Positions 33,901 to 47,814 of a DNA stretch of 64,000 bases are shown piece by piece; position 1 is the stretch's first letter, and every line of letters starts with the position of its first letter. Under the pieces are notes generated by a model, which did not search any database, was not told the DNA's origin, and worked only from the letters and a program-made list of their open reading frames with translations. The stretch comes from Mobula hypostoma (lineage: Eukaryota). The DNA lies in NCBI RefSeq assembly GCF_963921235.1, contig NC_086097.1, forward strand, positions 147,500,001-147,564,000, read 5' to 3'. The position numbers and the translations under genes are program-made.

Positions 33901-36133
33901 GATGCTGCTCCCCCAACATAAAGTCGCAAAGAAGACTGCACTCACTACAACAGACCCTTTATGGTTCTTCTTCCTCTATCAAAACCTTCATTCATTGGCT
34001 CTTGGATCTTCATTTCCTATTGTGAATTGCTAGAGTAGATGAAAGGAGATAAAATGACTTAACCTTCCTTTGATTTTAATATGCACTTCTTCTCAGGTTT
34101 ACGTTTTATTTATGCATATAGACTTCCCTCTCATTCACTTTAATGTACTTCTGCTCAACGACTGAAAATCTGTAAATATATCTGTATTCTTCATGGCTGC
34201 TTGTTCACCTGCCTAGTAATCCAAGTTTTCCCAGATTTTCTGTTTCGGATCAAGAATAAGGTTAACATTTAGATTCAATCCTTTTAGCTTTTTTGTGCAA
34301 GGTGAGATTTTGATTCTTACATCATATGGATTAAATCTCACAACCTTCCAATTTGTGCTTAACTGGGGATTTACTTCAGTCTTACCCGTTCAGACATGGA
34401 GAATATAACATTGTAGAAGTTACACGAAAATCTAATCAAGCACATGGCTCAGAAGCTCAGAAATCTTATTCTTCTCTTTCCTCATTTCCCCTCCAACTCC
34501 ATTTCTGGTTTTAGTTATCAACCTAGCTTTATCAGTAAAACTACTAAAATGGTGGTCAAAATCATTACTTTCCTTTCTCGCTTCCTCACATGCACACTCT
34601 GATTCACCTTTTCACTGCTGTTTCAAAGTCAAAGCCAAGTTTACTGTCATCCATACAAGTACATGTATGCGTAGGTGCAATGGAAAACTTACTTGCAGCA
34701 GTATCGCAGGAACATAGTATCATATAAGCAGCATTTTGTGACCAATTATTGTATACTACTGTATCCACAAGGGAACAACCATCTAAGATTCACATGCAGT
34801 GATTGGACCTAGCTTGTGGTACTACTTTTCACCTGATTGCAAATAAATATGACATTGTTCAAAGATCAAAATTAGCACAATGGCATCCATTGAAGTTTGA
34901 TGACCATGAATCTAATTATGAATAACAGAATTGAAAGCATGTTATCACTCACCGTACAGCACAACAATCCACTTTGATAGTTGCTTCCAAAATGACCAAA
35001 CAATCATAACATCATGCCAAATAATCCACACACTATTCAGTATTACTTAATATTTTACATTGTTTATGACTCTGTAATAGCCTCAGCAATTGATAATGAT
35101 GTAATTAACTGTATTGTGCCCTTCAATGATTATCGAATAAAGGACAAGATAAATTTAAAGTTCATATCTTAACCTTTACATCCTTTGTCGCTCATGAATC
35201 ACACAGCCTGCCCCTCAAGCTGATCATTTCTCTGACTTCAAAGTTCTCTGACACAAAATTGATGACCACTATCACTTCTCCCACTGTGAATCTCACAATA
35301 TTATTATCACTCTGTGGTGCTTTTTTCACTAAGCTTCCAGTTTGATTACACTGTAGTGTGCATGAGATGCATTACTTAATAAAATGTATTGCTGGTGTTG
35401 CTGTAAGGGAAGTATTACAGAATTGAATGGTTGCTGTAGATCTCCTACATCAATGTATTGAAATCAGGACCAAAGTAGTACATTGTCAAGAGGGCAAATA
35501 TATGGGCTGTATTAGTTTCACATGCTGAGCTGCCTCTCTGCATTAAAACTGTCATAAATTGAAGACAAAGTTAAGAATAAGCCTTTAAGGTACAAATCTG
35601 GATTGCATCCGGTGCCATGTATTAATGAGTGTAGGAATAGGAAAACTAAGGTAGATAGTGCAGTGAAAGATATATGGTTTTGAAAAGATATTCTGATTCT
35701 TGGAGCATTTATATTAGTACAAGGGCTAGAAGAACTCCAGGGTGGGAGGACAAATGAATGTGATGTAGAGGTGTTAACTGAAACATTGCTCAAAAAGGGT
35801 ATTTTATTTTCCTGTTTACGAGGTGTTCTAAACTAATAGGAAGGCAGAAGGTCCTGGGTGCTGGTACTGCTGAAGATAGTTGTTACAGGTTTGGTGAGGG
35901 ATATCCTTGAGAGTTCAAATTCAAAATTAATTTAAAATCAAGAATCAGGAAGACTACCATCTCAGCACAGTAGGGTAGAACACTTGGTCCCTTCAGGAAG
36001 TCTTATTTTAACAAAAATAATTCCAATAATTTGAATTCGCAATAGAAAAAAAAAGTAATGTGCAAATTATTACTGTTGGCTGATTCATAAGTGGTCTTCA
36101 AATGTTCGACAGCAAGCCTGCAGTGAACCATAC

Positions 36134-36822
36134 CTTCCTGAGGAGAAGATGGCGGTGCGACAGCAGCGCGCGCGGCCTTTCCGTTGATGAATATCTGTTA
36201 TCTGTCAAGTAGGGGACTGTGCACAATCCTGATTTTATGGAGACAGACGTGAGAGTACAGAGGAACATCTAGAAAACTTCTGAAATGCCTGCTTCGCTGC
36301 TACTGCTACTGTGTGGTAACCGCAATCTCCGGAGCAGAAGGCCCCATAATCCTCGGCTTTGCGTGTTTCGGAGGCCGGGGAGAGGTCGAAGGTGCTCGGC
36401 AGAGGATGGCACTTGGGAGGCTGTATTGGAGGGCTGGTCGGAGGCTCAAAGTTTTCGGATGGACGGACTCAGTGTCGGCTGTGGTCGGCTGCTTCCAAGG
36501 CATCGGCAAGTCGATGGTGACCGGAGGTTTATGGCAGGGAGTTTCTCCCTTTTGCCGCCGCTATTGGGGACTCGGGAGTTGATCGGCTCAGGGACCTTTG
36601 AGAGGTTTTTACCGCGCCCATGGTTTGTTCTTCATCAAATTATGGTATTGCTTTGCACTGCTGTAACTATATGTTACAATTATGTGGTTCAGTCAGTGTT
36701 AGTCTTTAGTTTGTCCTGTTTTCTGTGATATCACTCCGGAGAAACATTGTATCATTTCTTAATGCATGTATGCATTTCTAAATGACAATAAAAGAGTGTT
36801 CTCATAATCTAATCTAATCTAA
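36134..36822 (+). mobile_element. CpG-rich non-autonomous retroelement (SINE-like) with Rex1-like ends
   Basis: The 5' end has GAAGATGGCG, the body is non-coding and GC-rich, and the 3' end reads ..atgacaataaa.. plus an (AATCT)n tail. Confidence 0.6.
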
Positions 36823-37299
36823 TAACACCAGCTGCACTTCATTGTTCCTCTTTAATCCTCTCTCACTTTCGAAATCAAATATTTTTTAGAGATAAAATTG
36901 ATCAGTAGACATCCAGTTAGCCATATTCCTTCCAAAATCTTCTGCATATTAAAAATTGAATCCCCTTTCAATTTTCAGATTTTTTTGTCACGGATTAAAT
37001 CAAGTGAATGTGACAGTTTCAGAGAGATTTGAGAAACTGAAAATGCCAGAATCTAGAACTAACAATAAACTGCTGGAGGAACTCAACGAGTCAAGCTGCA
37101 TCTTTGGAGCCAAAGTGATAGTCAGCATTTCAAAATGAGGCCCTCCATTCAGAATGGACTACTCCATTTATTATTGGTGCAAGTAAAATTACTCCATAGT
37201 TTACACTTAGAAAAACAGTATATGTGTTTTTATTACTCTTAGACTAAATCATTCAATACACTATCACTTTAGTCAACTTTCTCTCTGTACTAGTTAGGA

Positions 37300-37790
37300 T
37301 TAGAAAATCTCAGCATAATTGTAAATTTACATAATAAGATGCTTCAGATATACTTGGAAGATGCTCATTATTTACCAGAAGGAAATTCACAAGTGCAGCC
37401 TGGATTGGAGGGATCTGGCTATAAGGAGAAATTGGATAGGCTGGATTTGTTTTCTGGAGAGAAGGATCGTCTGACCGAAATATATAGGATTATAAGAAGC
37501 GTAGATAGTGTAGTTAGTCAAAATCTTCTCCCAGTGGCAGAGGTGGCAAAAACAAGAGAACCTAGGATTAATGTGAGTGGGAGGAGATTCAAAGAGGTTC
37601 TGATGGAACCATTTTTCTCACAGGGAGTGACTGATATCTGGAATGCTCTGCCAGAGTAGGTGGTGGAGACAGATATAATTGCAATGTCTTAGAGGTATTT
37701 AGACAAACTCCTGAACACGGAAGGCACAGAAGGATAAGACATTGCTGGCAACTGAGATTAATGAGCTCTTCTGTGTTCTACTCTCTGACT
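37300..37790 (+). mobile_element. Old CR1 3' relic
   Basis: ORF 37339..37659 reads PGLEGSGYKEKLDRLDLFS..FFSQGVTDIWNALP. Confidence 0.8.
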
Positions 37791-37807
37791 TCATGATTCT
37801 AAAAGTT

Positions 37808-38362
37808 TTTAGAAACATTGAAAACCTACAGCACAATAGGACCCTTCAGCACACAATGCTGTGCTGAACATGTACTTACTTTAGAAATTACTGAGGGTTA
37901 TCCATTGCCCTCTATTTTTCTAAGCTCCATGTACCTATCCAGGAGTCTCTTAAAAGTTCCTATCGTATCCGCCTCCACCACCATCACCGGCAGCCCATTC
38001 CACGCACTCACCACTCTCTGCGTAAAAAACTTACCCCTGACATCTCCTCTGTACCTGCTTCCAAGCACCTTAAAACTGTGCCCTCTCATGCTAGCTATTT
38101 CAGCCCTGGGAAAAAGCCTCTGACTATCCACACGATCAATGCCTCTCATCATCTTATACACCTCTATCAGGTCACTTCTCATCCTCTGCCGCTCCAAGGA
38201 GAAGAGGCCAAGTTCACTCAACCTGTTCTCATAAGGCATGCTCCCCAATACAGGCAACATTCTAGTAAATCTCCTCTGCTCCCTTTCTATAGTTTCCACA
38301 TCCTTCATGTAGCGAGGTGACCAGAACTGAGCACAATACTCCAAGTGGGGTCTGACCAGGGT
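37808..38362 (-). mobile_element. Young 5'-truncated CR1 (same subfamily as 2295-3024)
   Basis: ORF 37898..38344 reads EYCAQFWSP..FFTQRVVSAWNGLP, and its 3' UTR matches about 2900-3000. Confidence 0.93.
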
Positions 38363-40244
38363 TTTTGTTGGCTCTTCTCTGCCAAATTCTGTTTTTTTTC
38401 CATAAAGGCTGATTCCACAATTGAGAAATAGCTCACCTACTGTTTTAATACAAAAATGGCACTGAGCTCAGAGCAACCAGTCAAAATACTGCAGTGTATG
38501 CTTTGTCTTACCTTGTGAAGAAGCCTTAATGGGCAAAAAAGGAAAAATTTATGCTCTAGAAACAGAAGACATTTTCTTTATCTCAGCAGAGGAAATACCT
38601 GTAGTTGCACTTGTCAAAACCCTACATCAGGTAAGTATACAGAAATAGAGCAGAAGTGTGGGGCCAGATGAAGGAATAGTAATGGATAGATAGACCTAGG
38701 AGAGAGAAGGGAGGAGGAGAGGATGGCAAAGGTAAGGAAAGTACCTCAAGACCACCTGTTATGGGCAGTGCCTGATGGAATTGCAAAAAGGACAATTCAT
38801 TTGATGGTTGTCTTGAACAAACCCCACAATTGATCAAGAAGAACCAATATGTAATACTTCCAATACCAACATTTTTTATGCCATGGACCAATACCATTAA
38901 GCAAGGGGTCAGCAGACCCCAGGCTGGGAACCGCTATATGAGAGCCAAGATAAAACAAAACCATTTTGTCCTGAGATATATGATGTTCCAATAAAATCTA
39001 ATGAACATGTAAAATCAACAATAGTACCATCAGCACCTCTGTGAAGGTTACAGAGAGTGCGAAAATCCGTGGATCAGTTACTTTTATAAGATTGTAAATA
39101 CAGTATATTAAATGAGTTTATGTTCTCTTTGCTTTTATTTCTTAAAGGGGGAACCAGTGCAATGTTTGGCATATTAGTGGTGAACAGAAATTATGAATTT
39201 CACCCTTTTAAAGGTTGTATCATGTGACTAAATACTCTGAGATGCAACAATGTATCAAGAAAATGCTGAAGAAAGCTTGTGAAAGGCCCTAGAATAAATT
39301 ACAATTGCCCTATTTAAGCTGCTCATGTCACATGGGAATCAATGTGAATTTATCTAGAAATTAAGCATTCACTGAAAATGCACATTTTAAAGTGTGATCA
39401 GAATTATATCATAGTTCTTTTAGGAGACAAGGACCTTAAATGTTTAATATATCTCCTAAAAAAAATTAAGTCATGAGTTGTAGATTTAGTTTTAATCTGG
39501 AGAAGAGCGAATTTTCACACAAATAGATGTGTTAGAAATTGGCTCGAAGCATTTTATTCAGATTTTCCTTTGCCCTAGCACTTCTTCCTTTTATAAACTC
39601 TCCCAAATGATTCCAACAGTGGTACATCACCAAAAATTTGTCTACAAAAAGATGATCTGAAAAATGACAGTTCTTGTTTACTGTATAACTAATCCAATTT
39701 TCCTGAAATAGTGCTATTTTCAGGGCTAACCTTGTAAGTTCTTTCTTTATACTCATTGAGACCTATGACCTCATCTGATCTTGAATACAATCACGCATGT
39801 GTCCCTATATTGCTTTATCTATGGAAAGATAAAGATAAAGGCTTTTGTGCTGCATTGGATCCAGAGTAAAAATTATTTCATTCTTCTTACACTTGTCTAT
39901 GGGAAATGATATTAAACAATTGTGAATCTTGGATGCAAAAATTGCACCCATTAGGTTAAATGCTTGTGGCTATTAGGATTTGTATACATTATTTTAAATA
40001 TGGCATGATACACAAGAAGCTGATAATGCCATTACTTGAACCTTACAAATTAAGATTATGTTATTTATGCAAACAGAAATAGGATAATCCACAGTACTGT
40101 TTTAACACCACTAAAAGTTGTTTTGGGTTATTTCTAGCCCATGAGCAGAAGGCCTCGTCAAAGTGACATCTGTGTTTTGGCTTATTATCTTTCTCAAAGC
40201 TGAGGGGATTTATTGTGGAAGTGAATTGACAAATGGATGTCAAT

Positions 40245-40575
40245 TGTGGCTCAATAGTAGCACACTTATTTCTGACTCAAAAGAATTTGTTTCCCCTCAA
40301 GGGACTTCACAATCCTGCACTGTTGGATATATTGCCTTTTACATGAGATGCCAACATGGTAAGTTAACTGCTGTTTCAGCTGATTGTGCATGATCTTTTA
40401 ACACGTAAAGAAGAGAGCTTCTGTCAATATTGCATCCATCAACCATAAAGAAGAAAACAAGTTATACCTCTTGTTGGTGTTTACAGTATTATGCTGTTTT
40501 CAAATTACATGATGCATTTTCCTAAATCAGCAAACAAAGGTGTTCACTTCAATTGATTGTAAAGCGCTTTATAGC
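40245..40575 (+). mobile_element. Deu-SINE-like relic
   Basis: cctgcactgttggatatattgccttttacatgagatg resembles the Deu core, and the 3' end has an L2-like ..ttgtaaagcgcttt. Related minus-strand relics lie near 23200-23720, 46780-47000 and 54715-55030. Confidence 0.5.
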
Positions 40576-41594
40576 ATATTAGAGTTTCAAAAAACACAAT
40601 TTGAATACAAATTCTTCTTTTCCCAACATAATGCCAGTAATTACAACCTGAGTTGCAAACAACACAAAAGGTATCATCTGAATCCAGACTGTCTACTGGT
40701 GGAAACAGACAGCCATGAAAATAGGTGTATTCGTAATGAATCAAACCCAATTATTATCAGGAACAAAGGGGAAATGCCAAAACTTCCACTCACCATTGCC
40801 TAGCAGCTCTTCATTCTGATCAACATTCAGCAAAGATGAGATGGAAGAAAGGAAAAAGAAATCGATGGCTGCATGAGTCATGTAACTACAAGTCACTGGG
40901 GCACAGAATTTTTGTCACTAAAGCAGTGGATGTTAACTGCATGTATGGAAAGCACCTCGGCATGTAAATTAGAATAACTCTAATTTTCTGAAGCTGGGGA
41001 AACTGGAAGCATGACATCTAACAAACCCCAAGCTTTGTCAAACTAGATAACATAAGCCTGGGACAGCAGCAATTTGTGTAATAAATTGAGCATGTCATGA
41101 TGAGGAATCAATAGCTGGAAAACACTGGAGCTTCCACTTCTCTTCTATTAAGTAATGTTAATAACTTCTTTTCAATGTCGCTTTTCTTTTTATCATACAC
41201 AGAAAATTGTGTTTCCTTTAGCATTCTGAACCTACTTAAAGAGGTCCTGTGAATTTAGTTATCAATTTTCAAACAATATCTCACCAAGAGTGTAGCAGAG
41301 AGAACTAATGTAAGGCAGGTAATTCAATACTTTCAAACAGTTCTATGCCTCAAATTCTGCAAGCTGAATAGTCAAAGATGTAAGAGATCAGAAATAAAGT
41401 TCTAGATATTGTTATATAAGTTCTTTTCAGTGTTAAAACTGCCTTGCCGGTCATCCAAATACCATTAAGGAAGTTACATAAGGTTGACAGAACAACATTG
41501 TCAGGAATTTTTGTGTAATGTCACAGAGTAACAGACATGTGAATTCCTTATTGAGAAAAAGAAAATTCTCATCCTGTTACACTGAAACACATAA

Positions 41595-42200
41595 CAACAC
41601 TAGAAAATAGAAGCTGAAATAGGTCACTTAGCCCCTCATACCAGTTCTGCCATTGAATAACACCATAATTTGACATTTTACTTCAACAACACCTTTTTTG
41701 TACAAACACAATATTTTTGATTCCTTTAATAGCAAAAAAAAACATTTCTCTCTCATGAACACAGTCAAGGACTGAGCCTCTAAAGACCTATTATGTGGAT
41801 AACTCCAAAAAAGCTTATTGCCTGCCGAGTGGCCAACCAGTGAGTTTGGGATATTAACTTCTGTTTCTAGACACTCAGCCAGGAGAAATGTCAACTTCAC
41901 TTGTACCCTGTCAAGTCCCGTAAAAATCTTAAATATTTTAATGAGATCTCCTTGTGTTATCCCAAATTTAAGAGATGAAGGCTCAGAATGTCTAGTTACT
42001 TCTCATATGATAAACCAGCCTTTCCAAGAGATAATTTAATGAAATTCTGCTGCAATCCTGCTATTGCAAGTTTACGGTTCATTAAGCAGGGAGACCAAAT
42101 CTGTACACCTTATTCCAGAGGCAGCAACACCAAATTCGATATAAATGGAGTGAAACATCTCTACTCATTTAGATGATGGGTGGTGTGAGATTCCCAGGTT
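41595..42200 (-). mobile_element. Old CR1 3' relic
   Basis: A decayed EYGVQ.WSP-like region lies at about 42085-42120, and the 3' UTR and tail are near 41600-41660. Confidence 0.6.
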
Positions 42201-42347
42201 GTTTATAAAGGGACGTACAACTGAGCATGCAATATTTCCCCAACTACTGAAGAAAATTGTCAATAATGTGAGGTGGGTGGAGAATTGCTTCTATGGGGGT
42301 TAGAGGACCCTGGATGGGCTGTGACAAACAGTGCCTGCAAAAGGCAT

Positions 42348-44058
42348 ATTCTTCTTGTCGTCGCGTGGCTATCCCTCGAGATTGAGGATGATGGTCTTCG
42401 TTCTGTTGATCTATTTATGGGCTCTCAAGTGGCTTATGAGTCCAATCTTGGCTTTGAAAGTTCTTCCACATTCAGGACAGGTAGTCCAAGATGGCAGATC
42501 GGGCTTTTGTTGTTGCTGCCTCGCTTTCCATTTTCTTCTCTTTTCTTCTAATTCCGCACATCTGGTGGCTTCGAAAGTTGCTCATCCTTCTCGGATGATG
42601 GCTCGCCAGAGTTTCCTGTCCTTGGCATTGGTTTCCCAATTGTTGATGTCGATGTTACATTTCTTCATGTTGACCTTTAGGACGTCTTTGAATCTCTTCT
42701 GTTGTCCGCCTCTTTTACGTTTGCCTTCTTTAAGCTGGGAGTAGAAGATTTGTTTTGGCAGACATTCGTCTTTCATCTGAACAACATGACTGCTACATCT
42801 TAGTTGGTTCTTGATGATATAGGCTTCAATGCTTGTTGTTTTTGCTTCATTTAGCACACTGACGCTGGTTCTTCTATCTTCCCAACTGATATTTAAGATG
42901 TTTCGAAGACAGCACTGATGGAACTTTTCAAGTGCCTTCAGATGTCGTTGGTATGGTGTCCAGGTTTCTGATGCATACAGGAGCGTTGGGATCACCACTG
43001 CTTTGTACACTAATATTTTGGTGTCTATTCGGATGTCACGATCATGAAAGATTCTTGTTCGGAGATGTCCAAAAGCTGTTCCAGTGCTTTTAAGACGATG
43101 TTGGATCTCGTCATTAAGGTCGACATTGGAGGAGAGGTGACCTCCAAAATATGGAAAGTGGTCCACGTTTTCCAGGGTTATTTTGCCAAGTTGAACTGAT
43201 GGTTCTATCCGATTTGTCTCAGTTGGTGATGGCTGGTAGATGATCTGAGTCTTCTTGGAATTGATGGTAAGTCCAGATTTCATGTATGCACAGTTGAAAG
43301 CAGTCAGAATCTGTTGTAAGTGGTTTTCTGAGAGAGCTGCAACACTGTTGTCATCTGCAAATTGGAACTTGATGAGAGAACTCATGGATGTCTTCGTTTT
43401 GGATTTGAGACGGGCAAGATTGAAAAGTCTGCCATCTGTTCTGTAGACAATTTCGATTCCTGGGGGTAGGTCATCCTTGATAATGTGGATGATTGTCGCA
43501 ATGAAGATGGTGAACAAAGTTGGGGCAATCACGCATCCCTGTTTTACTCCTGATCTAACTTGAAAAGGCTCACAGTTACTGTTGCTGACCATGACTGTGG
43601 CAAGCATGCCATCGTGGAGGAGTCTCAGGATTCAAATGTACTTTTCAGGGCATCCATAGGTGGATAGGACATCCCATAGGAGTTCCCTTGATACCGAGTC
43701 AAAGGCTTTGGTGAGGTTGATGAATGCCATGTACAAAGGTTGAAGCTGTTCACAACATTTTTCTTGTAGTTGTTGCACTGTGAAGATCATGTCAATTGCT
43801 CCACGTGATGGTCTAAAACCGGCTTGTGTCTCCGGAAGGATCTTCTCAGCTAAAGGCTTGAGCCGGTTGTTCATGATGCGGGTGAGGATCCTTCCTGCTG
43901 TTGCTAACAGGGAAATTCCACGATAGTTTCTGCATTCGGATCAACCGCCTTTCCTTTTGTAGATGGTAATGATAGCTGAGTCTCTAAAGTTTGCTAGTAC
44001 ATCTTCATTTATCCAGATCTTGATGAGAAGTTGATGCAGTTGCTAATGAAGAGGTACC
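42348..44058 (-). mobile_element. RTE-clade LINE, 5'-truncated RT
   Basis: ORFs 43632..43874 (QAGFRPSRG, LTKAFDSV) and 42582..43607 (GVKQGCVIAPTLF, QFADD, LLYASETW, LPKQIFYSQL). A (GAA/GAC)n tail is at about 42348-42363. Confidence 0.93.
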
Positions 44059-44829
44059 AAGGACACCTTCCAGGCTACAACCTGATGCTAAATTGACCAT
44101 TGCCTGTAAGGCCTCAGTAAAGGCATAAATGCAATTCTCTGAATGCCTGCACTGTGAAACCCTCCGATGCAGGCAAGTGCACATGATGGTTCTCCTACAA
44201 CTCTGGAGTCAAGAAGAAATGAAGTTCATGTGTGAAGTTTGGTTGACCTCCCAAAAGCAGCAGTAATTTGCAAACTGGGACATGCGGCAAACTGCAATGA
44301 TCCTAAGGCTAGGAAACGGAGGGAGTATAGCATTGAACTCCATGGACAAAGCTGGGAGATCACACTTGAGGGTAAAGAATGCAGTTTGTCTACTGACCAT
44401 TTAAATAGTCTAGTTTCATCGAAGGTAAGTTTTTGGAAACTAGATGTTAAGTGAATAAAAACGGTTGGTCTTCAGACCAATGAGGCTTCAAATTATGCCA
44501 CAGATGAACGTCAGAGCATCTCTTGAAATGGGGGTTAAAGCATTTTATATCATACTATGATCCCTTTGAATTGCATTGGATTTTCATTGTTTTGTGTGAA
44601 GAGAGAAGTGAGTGTGAGAGAAGGGGGTGAGTCTTTGTCAACAAAGATAGAAGAAGGAGGTAAACCGTCACCAAATAAATAAATCATGTGATTCCTTGTC
44701 AATCTTCCAACTTCAAACTCTTTGATATTAATCAGAAGAGGGGACAAGGTCACACAAAGGATTTGGCACTTAGGCTTTCTGCTTAACTATCTGTCAGACT
44801 GATGGTCTACTTCCTTATTATTCTACAGA

Positions 44830-45150
44830 CAGGGGGCATTCACCTCAAAAGGTCCATGACAGCTCCCATCAGTCCCTTTTCCCTTCCCATTACTTCTCCA
44901 TACCCTGCAACTCTCTAACAAGCCCAATGCGTCCTCTTTCATTCTGTTGTCAATTACAACCTCCTAGGGGGTCTCCTTAACCTTAACCTTACCAGTATAA
45001 TTTTGGGATACAGGGGGAAACCAGAATGCCGACAGGAAATCCACATCATCCCAGAGAGAAAATAATGACTCCACTTAGATAATATGCTGAAGTCAGGATC
45101 AAACCATGGCTTCAGGAGCACCAAGTCAGAAAATACTGCATCATGCTGCC
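44830..45150 (-). mobile_element. tRNA-derived V-SINE/HE1-like relic
   Basis: The minus strand has a B-box-like GGTTTGATCC and a V-domain-like ..GGATTTCCTG..TCTGGTTTCCCCC..ATCCCAAAA. Confidence 0.6.
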
Positions 45151-47814
45151 TACCTAAGGGGAAAAAAGTGGAAGATTCAGCAAGTCAAAAAAGATCCTTA
45201 GGTCTGGAGGGCTCCTGACTGCATATTTTCTTTGACTGTGCTCTGGCTCAGTGTACATTCTTAACACTGGGTCATGACCACTTGCTGACACTTCCATGTT
45301 GTACTAAACCAGAGTGCAACCTCTTGGCCAAACAAAAGATTCCATCAAGTCATCCCAAGTGAATTCAAAAATGTAATCTCTTAATAAATATAATTTTAAA
45401 ATCCCTCACTAACGGCAACATATTCAGATATATGAGGTGATGGAGATGATAGGTATGTGCAGAATCCTTCTAAGTTTGTTACTGTTGTGTTGTAATGGAA
45501 TTTTCCCAATATCACGAATGTGTTCTGTAGTTGTTCTTGGAAGTTCCAAATAAATAGTCAGCTATGTGTGTCCCCTGGGTGGTCCCAAACAAAATAGAAT
45601 TAACCTACAGTGTCCCAACCTTAGATTGCCATCTATATTATTCATCACATTCCACAAGTGGCATTCCCATGACCCTAACACCTCTGCTGTATCAATAAGC
45701 TAGAAAATCAAATAAACCTAAGCCAGAAATTCATGCTATATATAATGAGCAATGATCTTTATCCACTTCTTTTCCCCATATTTTGAAACTGAGTTTCTTA
45801 ATAATAGTGACCTCCAGGATGTTAGTGGCTGGAATTGGCATTTTCATTATATTTAAAGGATAGATTTAAATAGAATCCAGAGATAAATTTATCATACAAG
45901 TGTAGTGGGTATCCGAAATGAGCTGCCAGAGGAGGTGGTGGATGCTGGAAGAGTAATGCATTTAAAACGCGTGTTAATGGGGACTTGAATAAGCAGGGCA
46001 CAGAAGGAATACGAAATTAATGCAGATAAGTAGGATTAGTATATATGTACAGTAAATGTAGGCATAATAGTCAGCATATACACAGTGGCTAAAAAAAAAA
46101 ACTTTTTTCTATACGATACAACTATATTATTCCATAACTAGAGACTTCAAAGTATGTGACATTTAATGTATTGAATGCTTCAATATGAAATATCACAAGT
46201 AAGTTCTTTTCAGGAAAAAAAAGTCAAATTGATATAAGGTTTGCCATATGTTTGCCACATACAATTTAATCTCCATATACTGGATCCCAATCTCATGAAT
46301 GAAACATAGCTCATTTCTAATCATTCTACTGTTATGAAAAAGGCAAAACAGCTTGTTGTGACTTATAGATGAAGACATACATGGATATGAGGTGAGAATT
46401 GGACGAATAGAGGGTAAAACCCTTAGTAAAGCAATCAAAGTGATCAAGAACCACATTCACCCTGGATATTTTGTGTAAGAAGATGGAAAAGACCTGAAAG
46501 TATGTACCACCAGTGTCAAGGACAGTTTCTATCCCACTTCATTTGACTATTGAATGGTCTCCTAGTACAATAATATGGACTTTTGACTTCTTGCCCTGAA
46601 CCTTACTGTCTGTTTGCACTGTACTTTCTCTTTAACTGTAACACTTCATTCTGCATCCTGTTATTCTTTAACCCTGTATTATCTTCATACATTGTTGTAA
46701 TGCAATGATCTGTAGGGTGGACATACAAAAATAGTACCTCAGTACATGTGTCAACAATAAATCAATTTACCAAACGCTCGCTATATCATTGTGCAATATC
46801 TACTTTGTACAACGCAGATTCTCAAATACAGTAAGTAAAATCAATAACGAGATTTTTGAATATATCAGCTCAGGGAAAATGCTGATCAGAGTGCCCTTTT
46901 GTGAGTGAACAGGTACACCTCAGTTTAATTGGGAGGAGTTCACCCCTGAAAGTATAGCACTCCCTTAGTACCATTGCAATACTTTCATATTTGACTATTC
47001 CAACGATTTTGGATGATTCTGACGATACCTGTCGTTCAAGCTCAGTTTGCTGTTATCATGCCAAGAAGGTGCACAGTCAGATGCTGTGGGAAGAGAAATG
47101 GATATTGAGGGTGAAATGAGAGGGTTAAAACAAATCTTTTTATTTGGAATTGAGTTGTCCACTCACAGTACACATAATGAACAAACCTATTAATTAGAAA
47201 GATAAGTAAAACATAAGGTCTTAATTCACAGGGTCCATGAAGCCTTGAGGCATTCAGAAGTAAGCCATTAAGGAATGTGACAACTTGTTTATCAGAGATG
47301 AGCAAAATCATTTTGGATGGCAAAATAAAGTCTTGACTGATAAGATTTACGGAAACAAGTGAAATAAGTTCAGTGGAAAATGCAAAATCTTCCCTATATA
47401 TCTATCATTAAGAAATATTTAGTTTAAGCATTGCAGATGACTGCATGCATAGATTAGGGAAAAAAGCCTGGGCTTTCCTGAATTTGTAATTGTGAGTATC
47501 GAGCAAGCTGATCTGATTTCTGTCCTCGTACCTATGATCAGTGCCGTGGACCTCTAAGAGTTGCCGTGCCAGGCATTGTAAATCAGAGTGCTCGATGAGC
47601 AGAAGGGCTTGAGATTTGCTACTTTATCAATTATTCTGTCTTAGACTTATTGTTTTGTTAATCCTTTACATCACTTAGTAAAAGGAAGAGGGACTTGTTC
47701 TTTTATCAATTATTTTACACATTGTTTTAGTGTTTTGTATATACTTATATGCTTTCCGCATCACTTATTATATTCTAATAAAACATCTGCAGCAATCTGA
47801 AAGTGGTGTCAGAT

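Larger units (their letters stand above)
32808..33955 (-). mobile_element. Rex1 LINE 3' fragment split by a solo LTR
   Basis: SAVFFATLCWGSSI (33901-33955) joins TGEAERLNKLIEKAGSVLG and LRCHRDHYRKSFLPNAI. An (AAT)n tail is at about 32808-32820. Confidence 0.85.

Noticed and set aside
38587..38635. Candidate ~43-bp exon (ag...CAG|gtaagt)
   Set aside because: Only splice-like signals are present. No frame gives a recognisable peptide and no partner exons are evident.
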